64,000 nucleotides of DNA from Chloropicon primus (GCA_023205875.1 CP060754.1:682001-746000); one strand, 5' to 3'. Counted from the first letter of the stretch, positions 21,212 to 32,866 are shown. Notes: generated by a model not told the origin, from the letters alone. Program-made: numbers and translations.

Positions 21212-21246
21212 GCCAGAGTAGGCAGAGTAGGCAGAGTAGGCAGAGG
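21209..21246. repeat. Short tandem repeat (TAGGCAGAG)n at the GT2 stop codon
   Basis: About four copies, starting at the TAG. Confidence 0.8.
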
Positions 21247-21873
21247 GGGTGGTTGTGGGAGGGTAAAATAATTGTGTATTTCTATGACTATTTAATAAAT
21301 GCTCCCCGCGTAATCAATCCCTTGCGGCATCGTATTTTGTTAGAAGCCTCCAAAGCAAAGCGTTATTAGGTCGCCAAAAGGTGTACCAGGTCGCGAAAGA
21401 GTGCACCAACGACTTTCTTGATTTGAAGGTTTTGAACTCAAAGAGATTCTTGAAGGCTTCAAGAGTAGAAATCCCACTTCCTTGGGTTTTTCACAAATTT
21501 GTTGAAGGTGATGAAAGTTGAATGTAGAAATCCCGTGTTGATGCGCCTGCGGCGCAAAGGCGCGGGCAAATGAAGGAAGTGGAGCGGAGAGGTCGGTAGT
21601 CCGGCGACGAAGGGGAGGAGATGAAGGGACGCCTGCCGAAGGTGTAAGAAGAGGACGAGAGAGAGAGAGAGAGAGGGTTCATCGTTCGCCGTTCGTCGTC
21701 GTTCCTCGGTGTCTTGGGAATACCCTGTTTGCGTGTTTGGGGGGGTTGTGTTTGTTCTCGACGGGCGGAGAGGGAGGAGAGGGAGACCTTCCCCTTGTTT
21801 TCGTGGCACCCGGGTTGTGAGACCGAGCGAGTTCTCGAATTTTCGCAGACGGCGGAGAGAGAAGGAGGTCGTC

Positions 21874-23079
21874 ATGGTAAGTGGAGCGCGGAGAATCGGC
21901 GTGGGGCGAGCCGCCCCGACGAGCGGTTGCACCCTCGTCGGGGGGCTGCGTGTGTGCGGTCGCCTCGCCCCCGCTCGGATCCCTCGCGCCCGGATCCCTC
22001 GCGCTCTCTCGGGGGGCCCCTTCGGCCCAACGCCCTGCGGCCATTTTCTGACTCGCCTTTCTTTTCGCTTCCCCCTTCCCTTCTTCTTCTTCTTCTTCTT
22101 CTTCTTCGTCCCACAGGAGGAGAGCATTGTGGATGATATGATAAACCGTTTGCTGGACGCTCGAAACGGGCGTCCAGGCAAACCCGTGCAGCTGACGGAG
22201 GCAGAGATGCGTAGCCTGTGTATAGCGGCGAGGGAGATCTTCGCCAAGCAGCCAAACCTTTTAGAGCTAGAGGCACCTATAAAAATATGCGGAGACATCC
22301 ACGGGCAGTACTCGGATCTCCTGCGTCTCTTTGAGTACGGCGGGTTCCCACCGGAGGCGAACTACCTTTTCCTCGGGGATTACGTGGATCGCGGCAAGCA
22401 GAGCCTGGAAACGATCTGCCTTCTCCTCGCGTACAAGATCAAGTACCCGGAGAACTTCTTCCTCCTGAGAGGAAACCACGAGTGCGCGTCGATCAACAGG
22501 ATATACGGGTTCTACGACGAGTGCAAGCGCAGATACAGTATTAGACTTTGGAAGACCTTTACGGATTGTTTTAACTGTCTTCCCGTAGCGGCGCTGATAG
22601 ACGAGAAAATTCTTTGCATGCACGGCGGACTCTCGCCGGAGCTCAAGTCACTTGACCAGATCAAGAACATTCCACGGCCAACCGACGTGCCAGACACTGG
22701 GCTTCTTTGCGACTTGCTGTGGGCCGATCCTGACAAGGACGTGAGCGGCTGGGGGGAGAACGACAGAGGTGTTTCATACACCTTTGGCGCAGACTCTGTG
22801 TCAGAGTTCCTGCAGAGGCACGACCTTGACCTTGTCTGCAGGGCACATCAAGTTGTAGAGGACGGATATGAATTCTTTGCGAAGAGGCAGTTAGTAACAA
22901 TCTTTTCTGCACCAAATTATTGCGGGGAGTTTGACAATGCGGGGGCCATCATGAGCGTTGACGATACCCTCATGTGTTCGTTTCAGATCTTGAAACCTTC
23001 AGACAAGAAGCAGAAGCTTACGGCTTATGGGGAAATGGGCTCCAGGCCTGGAACGCCACCTAGGAGGGGAGCCCGATGA
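21874..23079 (+). CDS. PP1: Serine/threonine protein phosphatase PP1 catalytic subunit
   Basis: [28 protein letters not shown], and TPPR tail. The first coding exon is ATG only; intron 21877-22116. Confidence 0.97.
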   Translation: MVSGARRIGVGRAAPTSGCTLVGGLRVCGRLAPARIPRARIPRALSGGPFGPTPCGHFLTRLSFRFPLPFFFFFFFFFVPQEESIVDDMINRLLDARNGRPGKPVQLTEAEMRSLCIAAREIFAKQPNLLELEAPIKICGDIHGQYSDLLRLFEYGGFPPEANYLFLGDYVDRGKQSLETICLLLAYKIKYPENFFLLRGNHECASINRIYGFYDECKRRYSIRLWKTFTDCFNCLPVAALIDEKILCMHGGLSPELKSLDQIKNIPRPTDVPDTGLLCDLLWADPDKDVSGWGENDRGVSYTFGADSVSEFLQRHDLDLVCRAHQVVEDGYEFFAKRQLVTIFSAPNYCGEFDNAGAIMSVDDTLMCSFQILKPSDKKQKLTAYGEMGSRPGTPPRRGAR

Positions 23080-23409
23080 ATAAGTATATTGTTTTTTGTT
23101 GAGGCGACAAAGAAAGTTTATTATAGTCATGTCAATTTGAACACTCGGGTCGTGCGGTTGCCCTGCTCTCAAGAAGCGCCGAGTTGAGGTTGTGCGGGTG
23201 TGCCTCTCTCCATGGGCGTGGAAAAATGTTTTTGGAAACGAAGACGCGAAGCAGCGCTTCACAGAGGGAGGACGCTATGTGGAAGGAGACAGAGATCCTT
23301 GTAAATACAGCAGTCTGCGACGACGTCTTATCGAGGTCCACGGACGCGCAAGACGGATGTCCATCTCAATTTTTCCCCCCTTCTCGTGTGCCTGCTCGCG
23401 GAGAGAGGC

Positions 23410-24100
23410 TTACATGCCGGGGATGAGCTTGTTTGCCTCCTTCTCAAAGGCCTCGTCCTGCTTCTTCTTGGTCTCAACGTAGCTCTGGTGAGGCTTGGGG
23501 TGGTGCGCCCAACACTCCTTCTCGAAAAAGTCCTTCACCTTTGGAATATGGTCGGGAACGAGCACGTGGCCCTTCTCCTTGGAGGCTCCGCTCTTCGCGG
23601 AGCAAGGGCAAGGCAAATCGCGAGGAGAAAGGCAGAAAACAAGAGTCAGCGACTGGCTTTCCAGCTTGGCAGGGGTTCAAGCGAGCGCAGGGCGACAAGG
23701 GCGTTCACCAACCTTCTCGAGAAACGCCATCATCTCGTCCTGCCTCATGTTTCTGGCCCAGTGCCAGGGGGTGTCGCCCGCGTTGTTGCTGGCGTTCACC
23801 TTGGCCCCGAGGCCGAGCAGAAGCTCCGCCCCCTCGACCCAGCCGATGTACGCGCAGCTGTGGAGAGGGGTGTTCCCCGCGGCCTCGACCTCGTTGACGT
23901 TGACGCCGTCCTCAATCGCCTTCTTGATCGCTTAAGTGTCGGTTGGGAAACAAACGAAAACAGCTCGAGAATCAGTTCACTGCTCACCGCGACCCGTGTG
24001 CAGCGCCCGGGCCGTCTATCCAGCGGGCCATCCCGTCGCCCCCCCACCGCTCCCTCCTACCTTTGGCGTCCTTGTTGTTCACGGCGCGGTGGATAACCAT
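23410..24100 (-). CDS. Small ankyrin-repeat protein (2 introns)
   Basis: Spliced MVIHRAVNNKDAKAIKKAIEDGVNVNEVEAAGNTPLH...GAKVNASNNAGDTPWHWA...KLIPGM. Confidence 0.8.
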
Positions 24101-24752
24101 ATCCCCAACCTTCCCTTGCGCGTACGTGGACCCCCCTCCGTCTTCTTTCACTCCTACAGGTCCTTGCCATTCGGGAAATGGACCCTCCACGCGGGTGTAC
24201 CATGGCTCCTTCTCCATCCTGTCTCTCTGTCTCTCTCTTCCGCGACCCTCGACCTCGTCCCTCGTCCCCTCTTCGACCTCGTGCGCGCCCCTCTCTCTCA
24301 ACAATGAAAATGAAAACGCTCCAGGCAGCACACCAACTGAAACGCCTCTCCCTCTCTCCGAGCGTTTCATTTCGTTTTTTGGGGGTCCTCATCCCTCGGA
24401 CAGCGAGGGGATCGAAGGAAAAGTGGGTTCAGAGAGGACCAGAGTTCGCGGAGGATTAAAAGGCGGGCTTGGCTAGGACAAGGGAAGAAGGACAGTCAGG
24501 AAGGCGGGAGGATCATTGTCTCTTCAGCTCCTCGAAAGAAGCAACGCAGCGGCGAGACATTGAACGTTTGTTGTGTCGGTGGACAGAGTGGTGGGTGCCT
24601 CCTGGGAGGAAGAAAGGTGCTGACCTATTTCGTATTAGTTGTATTATGGCAAGGCCGAGGGGAGACGGGAGGGTGAGGTAAAAGAGGCGACGCGCGATCA
24701 CAGGTTTTGACGAGGGACGGACCGGGAAGGGCGAAAAGGACGGCCAAGAGCG

Positions 24753-25742
24753 ATGAAGGAGTGTTTCCAGGCCCTGAAAACCTTTGGACTGATCCTGAAC
24801 TGGATCCTAGCAAGCGCGGGTCTTATCTTGTTCAACAAATGGCTGCTTTCTTCGGGCCACTTCCCCTACCCGGTGACCCTGACCCTGTTCCACCAGGCCT
24901 TCTGCGCCCTGGTGGCCTTCGTCGCCCTCAAACTCAACTTGTTCGAGTGTGCGACCATGGACAGGAAAGAGTACCTGAAAGGCGTCGTGCCCATCGGGGC
25001 TTTGTACGCGATGGCCCTGTGGTTCGGGAACTGGGCCTACATGTACCTCCAAGTCTCGTACGTTCAGATGCTCAAAGCCTTCATGCCGGCTATCGTGTTC
25101 GCGATCGGCATAGTCCTGGGAACGGAGAAGTTCGATTGGAAGCTCTTGTGGATACTGTTGTGGATCGCCTTTGGGGTGCTTGTGGCGTCCTTTGGTGAAG
25201 TGAACTTCAGCGTGATGGGAACCGTGATCCAGCTCTCTTCCCTGGCATTCGAGGCGACCAGGCTGACCCTGCTGCAGCTTCTGTTGCAGAGGAAGTTCAA
25301 CCCGATGACAGCCATGTACTACCTGTCGCCGATAACTGCCTGCTTCCTCTTTGTGCTCTGTCTTGCGAAAGAGTCCTCTTCGGTCGTGCAGGCAATGGGG
25401 CAGGCCAACCCGTACATTCTGCTTCTGAACTGCTTCTGCGCTTTTGTTCTCAACATCGCTGTTTTCCTTCTGATAGGGAAAACTTCGGCTCTCACCATGA
25501 ACGTCTCCGGGGTCGTCAAAGACTGGTTGATCATCCTGTCGTCTGTGCTGATATTCAAGTCCACCTTGACTGAGCTCAACGTCATCGGCTTCACCATCGC
25601 TTTCACTGGCGTCCTCTTCTACAACTTTCAGAGGAGGAGGAAGAAAGAGGAGGAGCAAGCCCAGCGGCAAGTCACAAAGGGTGCGGACGAAGAAAATCAG
25701 CAGCTCTCTTGGAACCCAAAGCAACAACAGGAAAGTGAATAA
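24753..25742 (+). CDS. Nucleotide-sugar/triose-phosphate translocator family (DMT) transporter
   Basis: ILFNKWLL, FPYPVTLT, VSYVQMLKAFMP, TSALTMNVSGVVKDW; about 10 TM segments. Confidence 0.9.
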   Translation: MKECFQALKTFGLILNWILASAGLILFNKWLLSSGHFPYPVTLTLFHQAFCALVAFVALKLNLFECATMDRKEYLKGVVPIGALYAMALWFGNWAYMYLQVSYVQMLKAFMPAIVFAIGIVLGTEKFDWKLLWILLWIAFGVLVASFGEVNFSVMGTVIQLSSLAFEATRLTLLQLLLQRKFNPMTAMYYLSPITACFLFVLCLAKESSSVVQAMGQANPYILLLNCFCAFVLNIAVFLLIGKTSALTMNVSGVVKDWLIILSSVLIFKSTLTELNVIGFTIAFTGVLFYNFQRRRKKEEEQAQRQVTKGADEENQQLSWNPKQQQESE

Positions 25743-25793
25743 AATAGGGGTAATTACACTATTGTATTTTATTGTTTTACAATATGAAAGAAA

Positions 25794-28700
25794 TCACTGA
25801 AGACCAAAACCTTCGCCGTTGGCAATGGCAATCAGCAACTTGGTCTCCAACTTCTCTTTGCTGCTGTATTCGGGAAGCAGAAGAATGTTGAAGCAGGTAT
25901 GGCTAGTCGGCAAGTATTCGGTGTCGGGCCCACTCCTCTGGATGGTGAAACCGAGGCGCCCAAGGCCCCCTACGGGCGCCCTGTTGCACCCCGTAACAAA
26001 GAAGAGAAATTTCTTTTGCTGATTGAACTCCATCGAGTATATGATCTCCCAGAACGCCTTGACTATTGGCGAGTCATTCGTGTATCCGGCATCGTAGTGA
26101 GTGCTCAACTCCAATGCCCCGAAGTCTAGGGAGGGTTGGCCGCACACAAGCAGCTCGAGCTCCTCTGGCCGGAACAAAGCCAGTGCAGGTCCGCCGCAGA
26201 CCTGATGGAATCCTTGAGAGAAAGCGTTGAATTGGCTGGCGATGGACTCCTCGAGGAGGAAGTTCGTGTAGAGCTCCACGTACTGCTCTCGATTCTCTGA
26301 AGTCACAGCAACACAGGAGCCGTTTGGAATCAAATCGTACTGCTTCATCTTGCCGTAATATTCGTACTCTGTCACGAAATAGAGGGAGAAGGTGCTCTCT
26401 ATGTCTCCCTCGTACTGCAGCAGGTACTGCAGCTGTTTCGCCAAATTCGGTGCCGCTTCTTCCAGATCGGAGAAGTCTGCCCGAAGGCCCTTCAACTTCT
26501 TGTACAAGAATTTTGGAAACCTTATGTCTAGGATGACGCCGTTGTAGATCGCAAGACCTAGCAGAATTCCGACGAGCTGGAATTCCAGGTCACATGCCGG
26601 TGAAGCCATGTTGAACCAATACGTGTGAGAATCTTCCTTGTAGGTGAACATGCCATAGTCAGCATTGAATAGCTGTCTCACCAGGAGTTGGAAAAATTCT
26701 TTGGTGACCCCACCCTCATCCAGGCCCTCCTCCTCCACGCCAGCCGTCGTGAATGCCACCCGAAGCGGCTTCTTCATGTCCTGGGTGCGCATGATGACTT
26801 GCTCAATAGCATCCTGAACCAAGTTCTCTCTCGTCACTCTCAGCTCACAAAATTCTGACCAGTCCTCTCGACCCTCGTAGACAGCCATCAGGTGGCTGTT
26901 CCTCATCTCATTGCGCTTCTGCAAGTTCGACTCTCCCTGAAGGATTCTGACCTTGGCTTCGGTGGTCATGATGAAGGGGACCTGGCAGAGGGACACAAGG
27001 GGACCATGCGTCGCTTCAAACTCTCCTAACTGAATCCAGTTGATGTAGTGGTCGCGAAGATTCACGGTGTGGCTCAGGTCGATGTTGTAGAACTTCTGAA
27101 AGGAAATCAGGGTCCCCCCGGCCGATTCATTGGCTGCGTGCATCATGACAAGCACCTGAATCGCAGCCTTGGAGACGTCGTTCCACATGCCTCCGGCCGG
27201 GTCGTCCAGGTTCGACTGAACGTGTGCCGACAAGAACTGCTGGACGGGTTGAACGAACTGTTTCGAGAAAATTTCGGACGGGTATTCCGACATCCACTCC
27301 GCGAGCACCCTTTGAAGGTTCTCGGGAAGGTTTGCGATGATCTTCACCACGTGGAACTGGAGAGTGCTCACAGCATTCTTGAAGCGCGGAGCACAGTTCG
27401 CAAAAAGTGGATTCTGCATGACTATCAGCAGCGATCTCAAGAACGTGCCAAAATGCAGGTGCTGGATGTTCTCGTTTGTCCCGTTTTTGTTGGTCAGACC
27501 CTGCTTGGACGCCTTTGCTGAGAGAAGGTTGCTCTCTATCAGCAGCAAGCAATTCTTTATGGAGCTGACCAGGACCTTGGTGATGATCTCGTGCTTCTCC
27601 GCTTCCACCAGCAAGCGGGAGTATATGCTCTCTATGCTTGAGAGCTCCAAGTTGTGGCTGACCGACAGAGCATCCTGGTGCCTTGCAAAGCCACTGACCA
27701 GGAATCCTGGGGAAGAGAATATGTCCTCGATGCAGTTGACGAGCGTGCTCAGCCCCTCCTCGGAAGACGACTTGTTCACCTCTGACAGGAGGTAGGAGAT
27801 CGAAGGTATCCTTGCAAATGGAATGCACTTCTGATGGTACACCTTCTGAAACTGCTTGCACAGAAGGAGCTTGCTGCTTGAGGCTCTCGCCCCCCCACGC
27901 CCCCCGTTCGACAGATCAAAGGGGAACGTTATGAACAAGCTATGGTCTCCTCCTGCAACGACTTTGACGACAAGATGAGACTCAGGCAGGGTGGTTATGG
28001 GCACAGGCTTCGAAGTGAAGTTTATGCTCTTCCCTATCCCCAGCTGTCCGTACCTGCCGTTCCCCACGGCATACACTTTGTTCGTTTCAGTGAGAATCAG
28101 GGTGTGCTTCTCCCCCGAGGTGACCTGGATAATAATGTCGTTGCCAAGACCCACGACTTTTCTGGGCGATGCCACGTTGTCCGTCGTCCCCAGCCCCGTT
28201 TGGCCCCAAGATCCCCGCCCCCAAGAAAAGAGCACGCCATTCCAAGTTATCGCAAATATCTGGTCAGACCCACTCGCAATCATTTTCACTGGCTCCCTGA
28301 GCTTGGAGACGTGGGCCGGCGAGAGGGAGTACCCAAACCTCCCGTTGCCAAGTTGGCCATATCTCCCCTTTCCCCAGGCGTACACCTTCCCATCCATTCC
28401 CAGGGCACACGAGTGGTTCTCCCCAGCAGCAACCTGGACGAGAGCTGCAGCCTGCAAGCTGTTGATTGGCGTTGGGGTGTGCCTGTTCTTCCTGCTCCCG
28501 AGGCCCAGGGCCCCGCAAGTCCCAAGACCGAAGGAATACACCCTCCCCGTGGAGGACAGCGCGACCGTGTGGTTGGCCCCGCAGCTCACCTGGATGAAGC
28601 GGACCGTATTCAGCTCCTCGATCCTGCGGGGCAGTGGGAGAGTGTCCACGCAGTTCTTGCTCTCCCCGTGCCCCAGCTGCCCGTACTCCGCCGCTCCCCA

Positions 28701-29057
28701 GCTCACCAACCCCCCGGTGTTGGACAAAGCTATCACGTGGGAGTCCCCGCAGGAGATTGTCGAAATGTGGCTGTCCCCTGGCAGGTCCACGAACCCAAAG
28801 TCCTGCGCCGTCTGCTGACGGCTCCGCTGTCTCGAACCGAGCTGGCCCGAGTCGTTCTCGCCGCAAAGCACAATGTCGCCCCTCCCCGTGACAGCCGCGC
28901 TGTTGTTCTTCCCTCCAACCAAGTCAATCGCATCGAAGTTCTCGAGTCGTTCGAGTTCCTGAGGCTGGTACACGTTGTCCCTCGACAGCTCGCCAAGCTG
29001 CCCAAGATCATTGCGACCGCAGGCGTAAAACTTCAGCGACACCTCCTCGACTTGCAT
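25794..29057 (-). CDS. HERC-type E3 ubiquitin ligase (RCC1 propeller + HECT)
   Basis: Multiple RCC1 repeats (WG...GQLG, ..G..H); HECT EEGLDEGGVTKEFF...LPTSHTCFN. Confidence 0.95.
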   Translation of the reverse strand: MQVEEVSLKFYACGRNDLGQLGELSRDNVYQPQELERLENFDAIDLVGGKNNSAAVTGRGDIVLCGENDSGQLGSRQRSRQQTAQDFGFVDLPGDSHISTISCGDSHVIALSNTGGLVSWGAAEYGQLGHGESKNCVDTLPLPRRIEELNTVRFIQVSCGANHTVALSSTGRVYSFGLGTCGALGLGSRKNRHTPTPINSLQAAALVQVAAGENHSCALGMDGKVYAWGKGRYGQLGNGRFGYSLSPAHVSKLREPVKMIASGSDQIFAITWNGVLFSWGRGSWGQTGLGTTDNVASPRKVVGLGNDIIIQVTSGEKHTLILTETNKVYAVGNGRYGQLGIGKSINFTSKPVPITTLPESHLVVKVVAGGDHSLFITFPFDLSNGGRGGARASSSKLLLCKQFQKVYHQKCIPFARIPSISYLLSEVNKSSSEEGLSTLVNCIEDIFSSPGFLVSGFARHQDALSVSHNLELSSIESIYSRLLVEAEKHEIITKVLVSSIKNCLLLIESNLLSAKASKQGLTNKNGTNENIQHLHFGTFLRSLLIVMQNPLFANCAPRFKNAVSTLQFHVVKIIANLPENLQRVLAEWMSEYPSEIFSKQFVQPVQQFLSAHVQSNLDDPAGGMWNDVSKAAIQVLVMMHAANESAGGTLISFQKFYNIDLSHTVNLRDHYINWIQLGEFEATHGPLVSLCQVPFIMTTEAKVRILQGESNLQKRNEMRNSHLMAVYEGREDWSEFCELRVTRENLVQDAIEQVIMRTQDMKKPLRVAFTTAGVEEEGLDEGGVTKEFFQLLVRQLFNADYGMFTYKEDSHTYWFNMASPACDLEFQLVGILLGLAIYNGVILDIRFPKFLYKKLKGLRADFSDLEEAAPNLAKQLQYLLQYEGDIESTFSLYFVTEYEYYGKMKQYDLIPNGSCVAVTSENREQYVELYTNFLLEESIASQFNAFSQGFHQVCGGPALALFRPEELELLVCGQPSLDFGALELSTHYDAGYTNDSPIVKAFWEIIYSMEFNQQKKFLFFVTGCNRAPVGGLGRLGFTIQRSGPDTEYLPTSHTCFNILLLPEYSSKEKLETKLLIAIANGEGFGLQ

Positions 29058-29582
29058 CACCGGGCCTCCTTCTACAAGTCAATCACCATGGCTTCCCTTA
29101 AAAATGTTTCGCTTCCGGATTTCACACGAGCAAATGCACCGACCGTTGTCGTCTCCCCTCCCCTCCCTGCTAAACCCCTGCCAAGACCCGGTCTTGCTCC
29201 CCCAAAAGTCGAGGTATCTCCACGCCCTCAAGTTCCCTCGTGTCCCCTCCCCGTCTCTCCCTCGGGTTGGCTTCACCTCCAAACCAAAAGCAAACCAAAA
29301 ACAAAGCCTGACTCATCTCCCTCTTCCTCTTCCTTTTCCTTCCCCCTCTGCTGGTTGAAACAGACCCCAAAAAGGGAGGATGATGGGGACGAACGAGGAC
29401 GGGAGCTGACGGGAGAGGGCCGAGGAGAAGGGAGGGCGTTGTCCTGGTCTTTCGTTTGACCCCTCTCGTCCGAGGGAATGCCATGGCATGGTGAGGAGAG
29501 GGTAGTTCTAGCGGAGGGGAAGAGATTTGTGGGGAGGAACTCGGCATCGAGAGGGAGGGAGCGAAAAGGTGGGAGGGGAAGG

Positions 29583-30560
29583 ATGGCGTGCACCCTGGAG
29601 GCGTCCAGGAACGAGGGTCTGGACGACCTGCTGCTGGAGTTCAGTTCGGAGGAAGTCTCGATTCGAAGACAGGTGCATGAGCACGAGGGTGCCCAGCTCT
29701 CGGGTTTTGTCTCTTTCCCCTCTCGACGCGAAACGGAGCTCTCTCCTTGCATCATGGTCGTGCACACTGCGGCGGGACCGCACGAGGCGTTCATCGTCGA
29801 CAAGGTGGCGAAGTTGGCGAGGTTAGGTTACATTGCGTTCGCAGTTGACATGTTTGGCGAGGACCTGGACTCGGGGTCCTTCAAAGAAGAAGGCCGGACC
29901 TTGCTCCAGAGCCGGATGCTAGCTGCCCTTGAGACATCCCTATCCCTCGCCGGTGTGGATAAGAACAAGGTCGCTGCCATAGGTACGAACCAATGGGTTT
30001 TGCTCTCTCTCTCTCTCTCTCTCTCCAAACACACAGACACACACAGACACACACAGACACACACACAGACTGACCTCATATCGTCTCGTCTCCTCCTATA
30101 GGGTACTGCTTCGGCGGCACGGCCGTCCTGGACCTCGCCAGAGCGAACCCGGCTCTGTTGCGAGGGGTGGTGTCGTTCCATGGCATTCTCGACCACCCCC
30201 CGGCTCTGCAAGACGTCGATCTTCGGGGAGGACCAAAAGTCTTGGCTTTCAACGGGTACAGGTACGCCCCGTCGTTTTGCTCTCTCCCTTGACGTGCAAG
30301 GGACTGACCTCCTGACCTCCCTCTTCTCACGCAGCGATCCTTTTGTTCCAGCGGCGGGGAAGCACGCGTTCGCGGAGGAGATGGAATCCAAGGGCGCCCG
30401 CTGGCAGTTGCACGAATTTGGGGGTTGCGTTCACGCTTTCACACGCCCCGACAAGACGACGCAGGAGCACAAGGAGAAGGGCTTTTTCTACGACAAGTAC
30501 GCGGCGGACTCGTCCTGGGCGATGACGCGGGCCTTCTTCAAGAGCGTGTTCTCCCCGTAA
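29583..30560 (+). CDS. Dienelactone hydrolase family protein (2 introns)
   Basis: Spliced GYCFGG nucleophile elbow, GYSDPFVP and HAFT; introns 29983-30101 and 30262-30334. Confidence 0.85.
30003..30070. repeat. (CT)n and (CA/CAGA)n microsatellite inside an intron
   Basis: Direct reading of the sequence. Confidence 0.9.
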
Positions 30561-30647
30561 AAGCCTAAAGCCCCAGCAGATTTCTGTTGGCACTGTACGA
30601 TAATTTACACAAGTAGTTACAAGGCACCTCCGCCGCCCCCAACTCTT

Positions 30648-31071
30648 CTACGGGGCCTTCCTCCCATCAAGAATGGATTGCAAGGACTCGAGAAGCTCGT
30701 CCAACTCCTGGTCGTTCATCTCGTAAAGCAGGTTCTCCTTGCCGTCGGGGGCCGCGTCCAGCACGAGCTGCAGCCTCACTGACGGCTTCGCCACGCCCTC
30801 GACCTTGTCGCTGGCCAGTGTGTACTTCCGGGAAGAGGATCCGGGGAGAGGGAGGCAAACGCACGGGGAAAGAACGAAGAGGAGTCGGTGTCAGGCTCAA
30901 ACACTCGGCCTTTCGGCTGGCAGTCTCTGGGTTCCTGTGCGCCAGGAGTTCCCCTCGCACACCTCTCGTCCAACTCACCAAAAGTTTCCAGTCAAAGTCC
31001 AGGACTTCCTTCACCTTGCTCGCCCTCTCCGCGTTGGCGGCCCTGATTTCACCGCCCTCTCCCACCTCCAT
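30648..31071 (-). CDS. COMM-domain-only protein, 89 aa (COMMD6/COMMD8-like; 1 intron)
   Basis: Intron 30825-30978 joins VLDFDWKLL to YTLASDKVEGVAKPSVRLQLVL...LLYEMNDQELDELLESL, a full COMM signature. Confidence 0.75.
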
Positions 31072-31284
31072 CCTCAACCCCTTCCTAGGCCCTTGTCCAC
31101 TCGTCCCTTTCCAAAGGCTCCGACCCTTTCCAAAGGCCAAAGGCACCGACCTTCAAGGCAACGTGTCATATTACATCAATCAAGGGAGAGGGTGAACGAG
31201 AGGAGCGTGGGAGATCTCCTCGTCACGGGGAGGAGGAGGAGAGAGGAGTGGGGGGGAGGCGGATCGATCTGCCGGCGGAAGCGA

Positions 31285-32331
31285 ATGTGGCGAAGGCTGT
31301 CGTTGCCTTTGTTCTCCTTACGAAGCATGGCAGGAACGACGACGACGACTGCCGTGGCAGCGTCAGCTTCGTCCTTGAACACGGACAAGCTGAATTTCGA
31401 CAAGAGCCTCTCGTTCGAGTCCCTCAAGAGGGTGGTTGGCGAGTGGAACTTCCACGAGGGCACGAAGACGGGCGACGCCCTCAGCAGAATCCCGGAAGGT
31501 ACTGAGGTGGTGGTGACGAAGGAGATGGAGCTTCCCGCCGGGGTTGTGGCCCTTCTCCCGAGCAGCGTCAAATTGATCTGTGAGGCGGGGACGGGGTACA
31601 ACAACATCGACTGCGAGGCGGCGAAGCAGAGTGGGATCACCGTGTGCAACGTCCCGGAGTACTCCACGGATGCCGTGGCCTCGATGGTGATGACGTTCGT
31701 GCTGAGCCTGAGCTGCAGCCTGATTCAGCAGCAGCGCAAGCTGTGGGGCCGGGGTTCCGAGAACAGGGAGGCTTGGGCGACCCTCCAGGGGTTGCGGCAC
31801 TTCGAGCTGGCCGGGAAGACAATGGGCCTGATCGGCGGGCGGGGGGCGATCGGTTCCAAGGTCGGTGAGATGGCGAGGGTGTTCGGGATGAAGGTTCTGA
31901 TCTCGAGCAGGAGCGACCGGCCTTGCCCCGGGGCCGAGGTCGTATCCCTGGACGACCTTCTCGAGCGCTCCGACTTTGTCTCCGTCCACTGCCCGCTGAA
32001 CCACGAGACGCGCTCGAGCTTGGGGACCAAGGCGTTCGAGAGAATGAAGAGGAGCGCCTACTTCATCAACACTGCCAGGGGTGGCATCGTGTGCGAGGAG
32101 GAGCTCTGCGAGGCTCTGGACTCTGGGCTGATCGCTGGGGCGGGCTTGGACGTCCAGGTGGACGAGCCCCCCGCGGAGTCGAGCCGGCTTTACGACCTCG
32201 CACAAAAGAACTTGATATTGACGCCCCACATCGGGTGGCAGAGGCGAGAGTCCAGGCAGAGGCTGCTCGACTCGGTGGCGCGCAACATCGAGGGCTACTT
32301 CAGGGGCGATCCCCAGAACGTCGTGAACTAG
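31285..32331 (+). CDS. D-isomer-specific 2-hydroxyacid dehydrogenase (glycerate dehydrogenase-like)
   Basis: GTGYNNID, GLIGGRGAIG, SVHCPL, INTARG, AGAGLDV..DEP, LTPHIGW. Confidence 0.92.
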   Translation: MWRRLSLPLFSLRSMAGTTTTTAVAASASSLNTDKLNFDKSLSFESLKRVVGEWNFHEGTKTGDALSRIPEGTEVVVTKEMELPAGVVALLPSSVKLICEAGTGYNNIDCEAAKQSGITVCNVPEYSTDAVASMVMTFVLSLSCSLIQQQRKLWGRGSENREAWATLQGLRHFELAGKTMGLIGGRGAIGSKVGEMARVFGMKVLISSRSDRPCPGAEVVSLDDLLERSDFVSVHCPLNHETRSSLGTKAFERMKRSAYFINTARGGIVCEEELCEALDSGLIAGAGLDVQVDEPPAESSRLYDLAQKNLILTPHIGWQRRESRQRLLDSVARNIEGYFRGDPQNVVN

Positions 32332-32413
32332 GCGGTAGTTAAAATACATCGCGCGTGTTTTTTTTGGTGTGTGTGTCTACAAAGCTCGCTCGCTCCCCCT
32401 CGCTCATCACGTT

Positions 32414-32689
32414 TCAGCCCTCCATCTTGGAGAATTTTGACCGCCTGGGTCTGGGCTTCGACGCGCTCTTCGTCGCCACCTTGGCCGCCGGCCGCTCCCC
32501 CTCCCCCTCCTTGTCCGAGGTCTCCCCCCGGGCTCGGAGCAGGTCGAGATTCCAGTCCAGAAAGTGCTTCACGTCCTCCTTGACGTCCCCCGACAACCGC
32601 AGCCTTGGCACCGAGGCCGCCGCCACCGCGTCCTCCTCCTCCTTGATCAGCGCTTCCTTCTCTGACCCCGGGCAGGACGGGCAGGACAT
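32414..32689 (-). CDS. Small hypothetical protein (~91 aa)
   Basis: ATG-initiated ORF with host-like codon usage, filling the gap between a convergent and a divergent neighbour; no recognisable domain. Confidence 0.4.
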   Translation of the reverse strand: MSCPSCPGSEKEALIKEEEDAVAAASVPRLRLSGDVKEDVKHFLDWNLDLLRARGETSDKEGEGERPAAKVATKSASKPRPRRSKFSKMEG

Positions 32690-32866
32690 CGCCTCCTCTT
32701 CTGTTTGAACCTCCTCCTCCCTTCGCTCGTCCCTAGAATGGAAATGGAATGGACGGCCGCGAAGGGCATAAGGATAAGAAAGAAAGTGATCGGGTGGCGG
32801 GGAACAGAGGGGTCTGAAGGGAGAAGAGGCAGAGGCAGGGAGAAGAGGCAAGGGAGCCCGTTCGGA

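Noticed and set aside
21250..21650. AT-richer intergenic stretch as an ncRNA or transposon remnant
   Set aside because: No terminal repeats, tRNA boxes or convincing snoRNA motifs were found.
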